From contig JBAZTS010000004.1 in the NCBI GenBank assembly GCA_041661795.1, positions 6,136 to 70,135 on the forward strand: 64,000 nucleotides of DNA, read 5' to 3'. Position numbers and translations under genes: made by a program. Below are positions 9,087-16,990 of the stretch, piece by piece. The first letter of the stretch is position 1, and each line of letters starts with the position of its first letter. Source of the DNA: Minisyncoccota bacterium. Lineage in GTDB: Bacteria; Patescibacteriota; Minisyncoccia; UBA6257; JAGOQP01. The notes beneath the pieces were generated by a model. The model worked only from the letters and a program-made list of their open reading frames with translations. It was not told where the DNA came from and searched no databases.

Positions 9087-9658
9087 TGGTTGTCTTGGTT
9101 ATTTTCCTTTTTACCTATCATTTTCTTTAATTTTCTTATGGCTCTAAATTGAAGAACTCTGATGGCGCCTTGATTTTTTCCTATGATTTTAGATATTTCT
9201 TCGTAGGAAAGTTCTTCAACAAATCTTAAAATTATTATTTCTTGTTGGTCTGGAGTTAGCTTAGAAAGCGACTGATAGACCACCTCTATTTCCATTTTTT
9301 TGATGGTTTCTTCTCCTGCCTTCTCTTCAACTACTACCTCTTCCGTAACCTTTTCTATGTCAATTAGGTTCTTTTTGGTTCGGTAATGGTCTATAACCTT
9401 ATTTCTGGCTATTCTATAAAGCCAGCTGGATATAGGTAGTCCCTGATCCTTGAAAGAGTTTATATTTTGCCAAGCGCTTAAGAAAACTTGGTGGGTAAGG
9501 TCCTCAGCTTCCTCACGGTGGCCTACTTTAAGATAGATAAACCGGAAAATTCCTGGTTGATATCTGTCATATAGAAGGCCAAAAGCCGGGGCCTCACCCA
9601 TAATGGCTCTTTCAGCCAGGTCTTTCTCATTTTCTTTTTTAGAAAGCCCATCTAACAT
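9068..9658 (-). CDS. ECF-type RNA polymerase sigma factor
   Basis: Sigma-70 region 2 (FLSAWQNINSF..., 'YRIARNKVIDHYR') and region 4 HTH (LSYEEISKIIGKNQGAIRVLQFRAIRKLKK). Confidence 0.85.
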   Translation of the reverse strand: MLDGLSKKENEKDLAERAIMGEAPAFGLLYDRYQPGIFRFIYLKVGHREEAEDLTHQVFLSAWQNINSFKDQGLPISSWLYRIARNKVIDHYRTKKNLIDIEKVTEEVVVEEKAGEETIKKMEIEVVYQSLSKLTPDQQEIIILRFVEELSYEEISKIIGKNQGAIRVLQFRAIRKLKKMIGKKENNQDNQWKPKD

Positions 9659-9836
9659 ATATAACGAAAAATTAGTGATTTAGTTTCAAAAAAGCTCCTT
9701 TTTGGAGCATACGGCAATTATACACTACTTTTGGCCAACACCAAAGCAAATTTTTATTTTGTTATGTTAAATTCTTATTATATTTTGTATAATAAAACTA
9801 TGCATTCAGAATCTGACAATAAAACAAATCTTCCTT

Positions 9837-9847
9837 GGGGGGGGGGG
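9837..9847 (+). repeat. Homopolymeric G11 tract inside the 5' end of the pilin reading frame
   Basis: Read directly. With 11 Gs, the ATG at 9800 terminates at TAA 9867 and the pilin body is out of frame. With 10 Gs, ATG 9800 reads through into the FTLVELLVVIG prepilin motif. Confidence 0.85.
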
Positions 9848-9914
9848 ATTCCATGTATCCGAAAATAAATCATTTACTCTTGTAGAGTTATTAGTCGTCA
9901 TCGGAATTCTTGCT

Positions 9915-11108
9915 GTGTTAACAACCGCAGTCGTTATTATCCTCAATCCTTCTGATTATCTTGCTCAAGCCAGGGACTCTCGTAGAATGCAAGACCTCTC
10001 CCTCCTCAATAATTCCCTCCAAAACCTAGAAGCCATAGATCCTACTATATCCTTTGGAACATCTCTTACTGTCTATGTATCTATACCAGATGATGCTTCT
10101 TCTACCTGTGGAACCTTAGGATTACCTGCTCTTCCAGCTACCTATACATACAATTGTGTCTCAACAGCTAATCTCACTAAAACCAATGGTACTGGTTGGG
10201 TTCCTGTCAACTTTACTACTCAATCTATTGTTCAATTATCTGCTCTTCCCATAGATCCTACTAATACTCCTACAGATGGACTTTATTATACATATATCCC
10301 TGGAGGTTCCTATGAACTCAACACCATCTTAGAATCCAACAAATACAGATTATCAGGAGATAAAGACAGAACTTCTTCTGATGGAGGTGACTCCTTCGCT
10401 GTCTATGAAATAGGTACCAACAAGACCCTTAACCCCATCAAGGATTCTGGTCTTGTGGGATATTGGAAGTTTGATGGAGGAACATCAGGGTCTATATCTA
10501 ATAATCAGACAACTGGATTTGAAGATTTCTCAAGTAATAACAACGGTGGGACAGCTAAAAACACTAATGGCACAGGTATGTCTTGGGCTCAAGGGAAGGT
10601 AGGAGGAGCTGTTTCATTTGACGGTGCGGATGATTATGTGAATCTTGGGAGTCTTGATAATCTTTCAGGAAATAGCGAAACAGTATCTTTTTGGCAGAAT
10701 GCCTATTCGAGAAATGATTTCGGAAGCTCTGTTGATAGCTCTCTCGGAGGAAGTGAAGCTACAATCAGATTTAATATTGGTTATTATTATTCGGTATCTC
10801 CTCATTTCTCGGTGTTTATTGGCAATGGAAGCTCTGCTCAATCATTTAGTTTTTACAACACAATTCCACTAGGTACTTGGGAACACTATATTGTCGTTTT
10901 GGATGGCAGTAATTTAAAAGTGTTTTTGAATGGAACGCAACTTAGTTCAACAGAAAATGTTGCGATAACCTTGGCGCAGGGAATTTACGGAATTGCCAAG
11001 GGATCTGGCGGAGCTGGTTTTTTTAATGGTCTTATCGACGATGTTCGTATCTACGATCGCGCCCTCTCCGTATCAGAAATAAAAGCTATTTATAATGCCA
11101 CTAAGTAG
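9915..11108 (+). CDS. Type IV pilin-like protein with a C-terminal concanavalin A-like lectin (LamG) domain; the N-terminal prepilin segment (from ATG 9800) is frameshifted by the G11 tract
   Basis: Upstream in-frame sequence encodes 'KSFTLVELLVVIGILAVLTTAVV' (class III signal and N-terminal pilin helix). The C-terminus carries a LamG-like segment (GLVGYWKFDGG...GKVGGAVSFDGADDYV...IDDVRIYDRALSVSEI). The track ORF begins at GTG 9915. Confidence 0.75.
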   Translation: MLTTAVVIILNPSDYLAQARDSRRMQDLSLLNNSLQNLEAIDPTISFGTSLTVYVSIPDDASSTCGTLGLPALPATYTYNCVSTANLTKTNGTGWVPVNFTTQSIVQLSALPIDPTNTPTDGLYYTYIPGGSYELNTILESNKYRLSGDKDRTSSDGGDSFAVYEIGTNKTLNPIKDSGLVGYWKFDGGTSGSISNNQTTGFEDFSSNNNGGTAKNTNGTGMSWAQGKVGGAVSFDGADDYVNLGSLDNLSGNSETVSFWQNAYSRNDFGSSVDSSLGGSEATIRFNIGYYYSVSPHFSVFIGNGSSAQSFSFYNTIPLGTWEHYIVVLDGSNLKVFLNGTQLSSTENVAITLAQGIYGIAKGSGGAGFFNGLIDDVRIYDRALSVSEIKAIYNATK

Positions 11109-11191
11109 AACCAAAAGATTTTGATTCCGCTCTATTTCTTTCGCACCCTCTTATATAGCATATATGCTATATAAGACACTATTCAATCCAG

Positions 11192-12478
11192 TTGATTTTG
11201 TTGTCATTTACCCATATCATCTTAATATCCATGAAAGTGTTTTTAAAAGTAACCTTGTCGGCACTCTCTCTTATTCTTGCGGGGGGATTTTTTTATTTTT
11301 TTGGAAGCGTTGGTTTAGATGTTGTTAAAAATTCAAAGGAAAATTATAACCAAGATTTCGTAATGACTCTTGGCGCCAGCATTTTTGAGGCCATTAAAGA
11401 AAAATCCATTAGCCAGATGAACTACTGTTCCAAAGAGGCGTCCTTTTTTACTCCTGATGACAAAAAATTCTGTTTTAATATTCCTAAACAAAACGCTTTT
11501 CGTCTTTTTGAAATAAATTTAACCGATAATCGAATACTGTTTTATGAAAACGGTCTTTTGTCCAAAATTTTCCCTATTGCCTATCAATCTCCTTATGGCA
11601 AGTGGTTTCAGACACCAACGGGATATTTTCAAATAGGGGTTAAGAAACCAAAGTTTATGTCTTCTATCACTGATGTTTTTATGGAAAATGCGGTCCAATT
11701 CTACGAGGACTTTTTTATACACGGAATTCCTTATTTTCCCGACGGAACTAAGGTTTCCAGCCAGTTTTCCGGGGGCTGTATAAGATTAGAAGATAACGTT
11801 GCTAAAGATTTTTTTAATCTGGCTCAAAAAGGAGACACGGTTGTTTCCTATCTGACATTAGAAAACCTTTCTTTAAAGAACGACTTTGCCTCTCCTGTTG
11901 ATAAAGACGATTTTTGGATACGACAAAGATTTAATTCTCCTCTTAGAAACAATTGGTATTATTTTAAAGACAAAAGAGATAATTACGTTCAACATACCGG
12001 ATTAGATTTGTCTCCTCTTCCAAGTTCAAAAAAATTAAATGTTTACGCCATAGCCGATGGTCAAATTAATAGATTAATAAAAAACGGATTAAGTGATTCA
12101 GGGTTGGGGAATACGATTATTATTGAACACCAAAAAGATGGGAATATATTTTATTCTCTTTATGGGCATTTGAATAAAATAGAAGAAGAATTAACTGTGG
12201 GAAAAACCATAAATGCCGGTGATAAAATTGGAGCAGTTGGTAACACGGGTTATGGATGTAATTTCTGGAAAATAGGCAAAGACGGTTGTTCTTCTGGCGA
12301 TCAGGACGATGTCCATCTTCATTTGGAAATAAAAGATTCTCCGGTTTTGTTTTCCCCAAAAGAAGATGATTGCTGGGCTGACCAAGCTGCTACAAAAAAA
12401 TGCGTTGGTTATACGTCAGAAGACCCTTCCAAGTTTGGCTATCAAGACCCACTGCTTTTAATTTTTCAGAATCAATAA
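11192..12478 (+). CDS. Bifunctional L,D-transpeptidase (YkuD) / M23-family peptidoglycan endopeptidase
   Basis: N-terminal TM helix. L,D-transpeptidase catalytic motif 'HG..YF..G...S.GCIRL' (SQFSGGCIRLED). C-terminal M23 motifs (HTGLDL..., GNTGY, 'HLHLEI'). Confidence 0.75.
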   Translation: MILLSFTHIILISMKVFLKVTLSALSLILAGGFFYFFGSVGLDVVKNSKENYNQDFVMTLGASIFEAIKEKSISQMNYCSKEASFFTPDDKKFCFNIPKQNAFRLFEINLTDNRILFYENGLLSKIFPIAYQSPYGKWFQTPTGYFQIGVKKPKFMSSITDVFMENAVQFYEDFFIHGIPYFPDGTKVSSQFSGGCIRLEDNVAKDFFNLAQKGDTVVSYLTLENLSLKNDFASPVDKDDFWIRQRFNSPLRNNWYYFKDKRDNYVQHTGLDLSPLPSSKKLNVYAIADGQINRLIKNGLSDSGLGNTIIIEHQKDGNIFYSLYGHLNKIEEELTVGKTINAGDKIGAVGNTGYGCNFWKIGKDGCSSGDQDDVHLHLEIKDSPVLFSPKEDDCWADQAATKKCVGYTSEDPSKFGYQDPLLLIFQNQ

Positions 12479-12479
12479 A

Positions 12480-13418
12480 ATGTTTCTCCAAAAATTTTTT
12501 AAAAAAGATATTATTCTTTTTGCCGTTGTTTTTATCCTAGTGGGGATTGGTTTTTATTTTTGGACAGATTTAGACAAAAAAACTCCCGATTTTAATGATT
12601 TTCAAGCCCAACCGGTTTTTTCAAAAAGAACTATAATTGCTACCGATCCGATTATTTTTTATATAGCCAAATCTCTGTCTTTAAATATAAACAATCTTGA
12701 TATTTTATTAATTTATTATGATGAGCTGGGAGTAGATTCGTTTTGGAAAAAAATCAAAGAAGAAAAAAATATAAGTAAAAATCCCACCTTTATATTTTTT
12801 AATACCCCTTATGATAATTGGGTAAAAGAGGTGTATAAAAAAGAAGAGGGAGTTATTCTGGTTAATTTTGAGGACTCTATTAAAGAAGACCCGCTTTTTT
12901 TGGGAGAACAACAGGAGGATCTTAATTTGGGAGAATATTTTTTTATGTCTCTTAGGGGAGGCATGGTGGTTATCCAAACAATAGCTCATGCTCTTGGGGG
13001 GGCCGATCCTGTTAATAAAGAATTTTACATAAACAATGCCTATGATCAGATAGTTAAACTTCAAGACGTTTATAAACAATCTCGTGACCAGATAGCCAAA
13101 TCTTCGGAATCAAAAATTCTTTACGAAAAGAAATGGAAAAGATTTTTTTCTGACTTGGGGGATAATTTTACAAACAATTTTGATATCTCTGACTCTAAAT
13201 ATTCTTTTGTCTATCTAAAAAATATAATTACAACTAAAAAAATAAAAGCAATTGCCGTTGATCAGGATTTTCCGGTGGACGATTTTAAGAAATTTTTAGA
13301 GGAAAACTTTTTAAAAGTTAAAGTTGTTGTTTTAAAAAACTCTCTTTCTTTGGGGGACGATTACTTGCAAATTAACATTGATAATCTATCATCTGTCATC
13401 GGAGCGCTTCTAAACTAA
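12480..13418 (+). CDS. Hypothetical membrane-anchored protein
   Basis: N-terminal TM helix; no recognisable domain. Confidence 0.4.
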   Translation: MFLQKFFKKDIILFAVVFILVGIGFYFWTDLDKKTPDFNDFQAQPVFSKRTIIATDPIIFYIAKSLSLNINNLDILLIYYDELGVDSFWKKIKEEKNISKNPTFIFFNTPYDNWVKEVYKKEEGVILVNFEDSIKEDPLFLGEQQEDLNLGEYFFMSLRGGMVVIQTIAHALGGADPVNKEFYINNAYDQIVKLQDVYKQSRDQIAKSSESKILYEKKWKRFFSDLGDNFTNNFDISDSKYSFVYLKNIITTKKIKAIAVDQDFPVDDFKKFLEENFLKVKVVVLKNSLSLGDDYLQINIDNLSSVIGALLN

Positions 13419-13471
13419 ATTGTATAAGTTATAATTATAGTAAGCCACGTAAGTGCTCACGTAACGTCATT

Positions 13472-14041
13472 ATGATTAGAACAAGAAAAGAAAAGTTAGA
13501 AAGTTTTGAACAAACCGTCGCAAAAGCGGGAAGGTTAGACGAGGACTCTTTTGCTTTAATATACCAACAGTGCGTTTCGCCTCTTTATAGGTTCTTTTAT
13601 ATACGAGTCAAAAATAAGGCGATTTCAGAGGATCTTACCCAATTGGTTTTTTTAAAGGCCTGGGGAAACATTAAAGATTTGGATAATATAGAAAATATTA
13701 CCGCTTGGCTTTTTACCGTGGCCAGAAACACATTAATTGACCACTGGAGAAAGAAAAAAGACATAAGTGTTGGCGACCTATCTTTTTTGGAGGAAAAGGG
13801 CGGTAGCTCTGATTCTTCTGGCGAGATAGATATAATAAAATCTATGGGGGAAATTGAGTTGGTTTTAGACAAATTAAATGATGAGCAGAGGGAAGTTGTC
13901 ACTCTAAAATTTTTTGATGGGCGTTCCAACAAGGAAATAGAAAAAATCATGAGAAAATCTTCTACTTCTATAAGGTCGCTTCAATACAGAGCCATGCTTA
14001 ACTTGAGAGATATTTTAAATAAGGACAATAAAAATGAATAA
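13472..14041 (+). CDS. ECF-type RNA polymerase sigma factor (paralog of 9068..9658)
   Basis: Region 2 (FLKAWGNIKDL, 'FTVARNTLIDHWR') and region 4 (EVVTLKFFDGRSNKEIEKIMRKSSTSIRSLQYRAMLNLR). Confidence 0.85.
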   Translation: MIRTRKEKLESFEQTVAKAGRLDEDSFALIYQQCVSPLYRFFYIRVKNKAISEDLTQLVFLKAWGNIKDLDNIENITAWLFTVARNTLIDHWRKKKDISVGDLSFLEEKGGSSDSSGEIDIIKSMGEIELVLDKLNDEQREVVTLKFFDGRSNKEIEKIMRKSSTSIRSLQYRAMLNLRDILNKDNKNE

Positions 14042-14687
14042 TCCTAAAGAAATAAAAAGATTAAAAGAAATTTTGGAAAAATCCAAAGATATTAACAATG
14101 GAGACGTTGTTAACTTTTTAAAACAGGAAGAGGAAACAGAATTAGCCAATTTTCTTGAAAAGATTGATTATACCGGAAAGAAAATTGAACCCGAGCGTCT
14201 TTTGACTATAAAAATTTTAGATAATTTAAAATCACAAAAAATGTCTCCAAGGGGCGACCTTAGAGCCAGCTCTTTTATCAACAAAATTCGTCTCCAGCTT
14301 CACATGCCAAACATTCTTAAAGCAGGCATACCTTTGGCTTTGGCGGTTTTGGTGGGAATAGTGATTTTTGCCGATCCATTCACGTCTGAGAACTATCAGG
14401 TTGAGGAGTTGAAAAATTTAGGGAAAGATGAGACAATGATACAAGATTTGTCTTCCGATATAAACAAGTATTTTCAAGAAGAAAGTAAGCTTTTGGCTGT
14501 AGATGAGGGGCTATCCGCAGCTAGCTCAGCTGGAAAACTAGCTGCTCCAGAGGTCCTAAGTATGTCTTTTGATGTCGATTCTATTGATCTGGAAGCCGCC
14601 CAGGTCTCAATTGATTCTGATCTGGCTAACTTCTTTGAACAAGAAAGTGAGTTTTATCAGATGGATTCAACTTTAGCTAATTTCTAA
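14034..14687 (+). CDS. Putative anti-sigma factor (single TM)
   Basis: Overlaps the sigma gene stop. One TM helix (AGIPLALAVLVGIVIFA). Position equivalent to 8556..9086. Confidence 0.45.
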   Translation: MNNPKEIKRLKEILEKSKDINNGDVVNFLKQEEETELANFLEKIDYTGKKIEPERLLTIKILDNLKSQKMSPRGDLRASSFINKIRLQLHMPNILKAGIPLALAVLVGIVIFADPFTSENYQVEELKNLGKDETMIQDLSSDINKYFQEESKLLAVDEGLSAASSAGKLAAPEVLSMSFDVDSIDLEAAQVSIDSDLANFFEQESEFYQMDSTLANF

Positions 14688-14689
14688 TT

Positions 14690-15469
14690 ATGGATACCAT
14701 AAACAAAACTACAAAAAATTATATTATCGCTATTACGGTCCTATTATCTTTAGGTCTATTTTCGGGTGTCTCTTTGGCGGCTACTTCGCAAGAAAATGAA
14801 TTCTCCAGATCATTTAATAGATTTTTGGAAGAAAAGGAGAGTTTTCGAAAATCAAAATCGGATCAATCGGGACTAATCGAAAGAGCTAAATCATTTCTTT
14901 TGGTCACGATAGAGGTTTTAGAAAAAAGATCTTTACAAATTCAAGACAGGATAAGTTTGAAAATAGATGTTTATCAGGACCTTGGGCCATATATGTCGGA
15001 AGAGATTAAATCAAATCTTATCAAGCTTAATGAGCTAAAAGAATCGGTTTCTAATTCAAATAATTTGGAGGAATTAAGAAATATATCTTCTCAACTCATT
15101 TCTTATAGGCAGGATGACGAAAAAAATCTAAAAAAGCTTATCTTGCTGGCTCACATCTCAAGATTTGAGGATACTATTATAAAAACATCTCAAAATCGTT
15201 TGGAAGTCATTAATCAAAAGTTGTTATTAATAAAAAATTCAAGAAAGAATATTTTGGCTTTGGAGAAATTATCAGAACAGGCCGAACAACAAATAGCCGA
15301 TGTCCAAAAAACGATTGATATTTTAAAAACAAATATTTCTCAGGAATTAATCAGTTTATCCGATATTTCTCAAATACAAAAACAGTTGATTTCAATAACC
15401 GAAAGAGTAAAAGACATCTATAAAATATTCAAGCAGATTGCCGTAGATGGTAATCAGTTGCTTTACTAA
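14690..15469 (+). CDS. Hypothetical secreted coiled-coil protein
   Basis: N-terminal anchor or signal peptide. Third gene of the sigma/anti-sigma module. Confidence 0.45.
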   Translation: MDTINKTTKNYIIAITVLLSLGLFSGVSLAATSQENEFSRSFNRFLEEKESFRKSKSDQSGLIERAKSFLLVTIEVLEKRSLQIQDRISLKIDVYQDLGPYMSEEIKSNLIKLNELKESVSNSNNLEELRNISSQLISYRQDDEKNLKKLILLAHISRFEDTIIKTSQNRLEVINQKLLLIKNSRKNILALEKLSEQAEQQIADVQKTIDILKTNISQELISLSDISQIQKQLISITERVKDIYKIFKQIAVDGNQLLY

Positions 15470-15542
15470 TTTTTTACAAACGGGAACGTCTTCTCGGGTT
15501 GTGTTTTTGTGGTTGGCAAAAATCTAGTCCCAAGCCCTGATA

Positions 15543-15968
15543 TTAGAAAATATCAATTAGATAAAGATAAAAAACAGAATATATTAAAACCAATGGGATA
15601 TAGATTATATATAAAACACGCTTTAGTTTGTGGACTGTCATGATGGACTTTGTTACATATCCCCAAGTTTCCAAAAAAACGTAAATTAATATTAAACCAA
15701 TGTACAGCCACATATTTTCAATTTGCCATAATATTATAAATCCCAAAGTTTCTGACACTATGTCTAGTACTTCATTAGTTGAGGTTTCATTGGCACTGGC
15801 TACAAGTTCAATTATTTCCCAAATGATAAAAATAGCTAAGGCGTATATCAGACCAATAACAAAGCTAATCCCAAGCGTTTTAAAAATAACAGCCAATGAG
15901 GCGCCAAATAAAAAATGGTTAATTGACCAAGTATCTACGTACCTTCTTTCTATCCAAACTTTATTCAT
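15543..15968 (-). CDS. Hypothetical polytopic membrane protein
   Basis: Multiple TM helices. The start is taken at the internal Met (MNKVWIERRY...) because the ORF-track N-terminus overlaps tRNA-Gly. Confidence 0.5.
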   Translation of the reverse strand: MNKVWIERRYVDTWSINHFLFGASLAVIFKTLGISFVIGLIYALAIFIIWEIIELVASANETSTNEVLDIVSETLGFIILWQIENMWLYIGLILIYVFLETWGYVTKSIMTVHKLKRVLYIIYIPLVLIYSVFYLYLIDIF

Positions 15969-15973
15969 GTGTG

Positions 15974-16045
15974 AGCGGGCGAGGAGAATCGAACTCCCGT
16001 CTCTTCCTTGGCAAGGAAATATAATAGCCATTATACGACGCCCGC
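15974..16045 (-). tRNA. tRNA-Gly (anticodon GCC)
   Basis: Cloverleaf read from the reverse complement: acceptor GCGGGCG/CGCCCGC, anticodon loop TTGCCAA, T-loop TTCGATT. No encoded CCA. Confidence 0.75.
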
Positions 16046-16084
16046 ATCTTTATTAACTTTACACTTTCTATTTTGTGCTTTCCA

Positions 16085-16215
16085 CTAATCTTGTCCGCCC
16101 GAAAGGAATCTCACATCGTCCGCTCAGGGCGGACTCTTTCAAAACCCTCGGTTTTGAATAATTTCCTACACAGAGGACTAAGCGTCCTCCGACCCACCTC
16201 TATTCGAATCCATTG
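16085..16215. repeat. Copy A of a roughly 130-nt conserved three-hairpin element located 3' of a tRNA (between tRNA-Lys and tRNA-Gly)
   Basis: About 90% identical to 46806-46935. Hairpins GTCCGC-TCAGG-GCGGAC, TTCAAAACC-CTC-GGTTTTGAA and GAGGAC-TAAGC-GTCCTC. The third hairpin shows compensatory substitutions between the two copies. It begins with TGTCCGCCC..GGAATC, mimicking the tRNA-Lys 3' end (TGTCCGCCC..GGATTC) about 170 nt away. Confidence 0.7.
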
Positions 16216-16257
16216 GGAACGGCATAATTTTAAATTACGATGTAATTCAAAATTTTG

Positions 16258-16330
16258 TCCGCCCACCAGGATTCGAACCTGGGACCTTCTCCTTAAGAGG
16301 GAGCAGCTCTACCAGCTGAGCTATGGGCGG
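16258..16330 (-). tRNA. tRNA-Lys (anticodon CTT)
   Basis: Cloverleaf from the reverse complement: D-arm GCTCAGCTGGTAGAGC, anticodon loop CTCTTAA, T-loop TTCGAAT. Confidence 0.75.
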
Positions 16331-16378
16331 ATAAAGACAATATAAAATATAACAACTCAAAAATCAAAGTTATTTCTG

Positions 16379-16873
16379 TTAGTTACGGACATTTTTGTTT
16401 ATATAACTAGGCACTACCCCCAGATCAAAGTATTTATTTTTTAGTTGTTTAGGTAGGGTTGAGAACTTTACTATTATCTTTCTACAGTTTTTAGATCCGC
16501 ATTGGCACTTCATTTTCCAATCGTCATCATTGGCGAGAATTGTGGAGTAATCTATTGTTATTTCTTTCCTTGGTTTGATATTTTTAATAGCCTTAATAAA
16601 TAGTTTTCTTCCGATTTTTATTACTCCAGCGTTTGGAGAACACGAATGATTTAGATAATCGCCCAATTCCCCTTGAGGGCTTATATAATATTTTCTACTA
16701 AATCTGAATGTATTGTCACAAGTTCTTTTATCAACTTCGTAGATCTTTTTAATCGTTATTAATTTTCCTATAATTTCAAATATTATTTTCCCATCTTCTG
16801 ATTTTCTTTTAGAAAATAAACCAAGCCCGTTTTTTGATTTTCTCACTGCAACGTTTGAATTTTCTAGCAACAT
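16379..16873 (-). CDS. SET-domain protein (putative lysine methyltransferase)
   Basis: 'GDYLNHSCSPN' SET motif and a Cys-rich post-SET segment (CQCGSKNC). Start taken at the internal Met; the ORF-track N-terminus overlaps tRNA-Arg. Confidence 0.7.
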   Translation of the reverse strand: MLLENSNVAVRKSKNGLGLFSKRKSEDGKIIFEIIGKLITIKKIYEVDKRTCDNTFRFSRKYYISPQGELGDYLNHSCSPNAGVIKIGRKLFIKAIKNIKPRKEITIDYSTILANDDDWKMKCQCGSKNCRKIIVKFSTLPKQLKNKYFDLGVVPSYINKNVRN

Positions 16874-16882
16874 AATATTTTG

Positions 16883-16956
16883 CGCGCCTCGCAGGAGTCG
16901 AACCCGCAACCCCCTGCTTCGAAGGCAGGTGCTCTATCCAGTTGAGCTAGAGGCGC
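16883..16956 (-). tRNA. tRNA-Arg (anticodon TCG)
   Basis: Cloverleaf from the reverse complement: GCGCCTC acceptor, D-loop AACTGGATA, anticodon loop CTTCGAA, T-loop TTCGACT. Confidence 0.75.
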
Positions 16957-16990
16957 TTTGTCTAATATCTAAATCTATAATAGAATAGAT

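Noticed and set aside
15700-16056. 118-aa plus-strand ORF
   Set aside because: It is antisense to the minus-strand membrane-protein gene and runs through tRNA-Gly, so spurious.
16085-16215. Repeat elements A and B as genuine type II tRNAs (Leu/Ser/Tyr), tRNA-Sec or intron-containing tRNAs
   Set aside because: On neither strand could I build a cloverleaf. The T-stem equivalent (GTGAGATTCC) does not pair, and the only tRNA-like part is the 19-nt copy of the neighbouring tRNA's 3' end. I treat them as insertion or duplication elements.
16073-16345. 90-aa plus-strand ORF
   Set aside because: It covers repeat element A and tRNA-Lys on the opposite strand. It is a translation of structured RNA/repeat sequence, not a gene.
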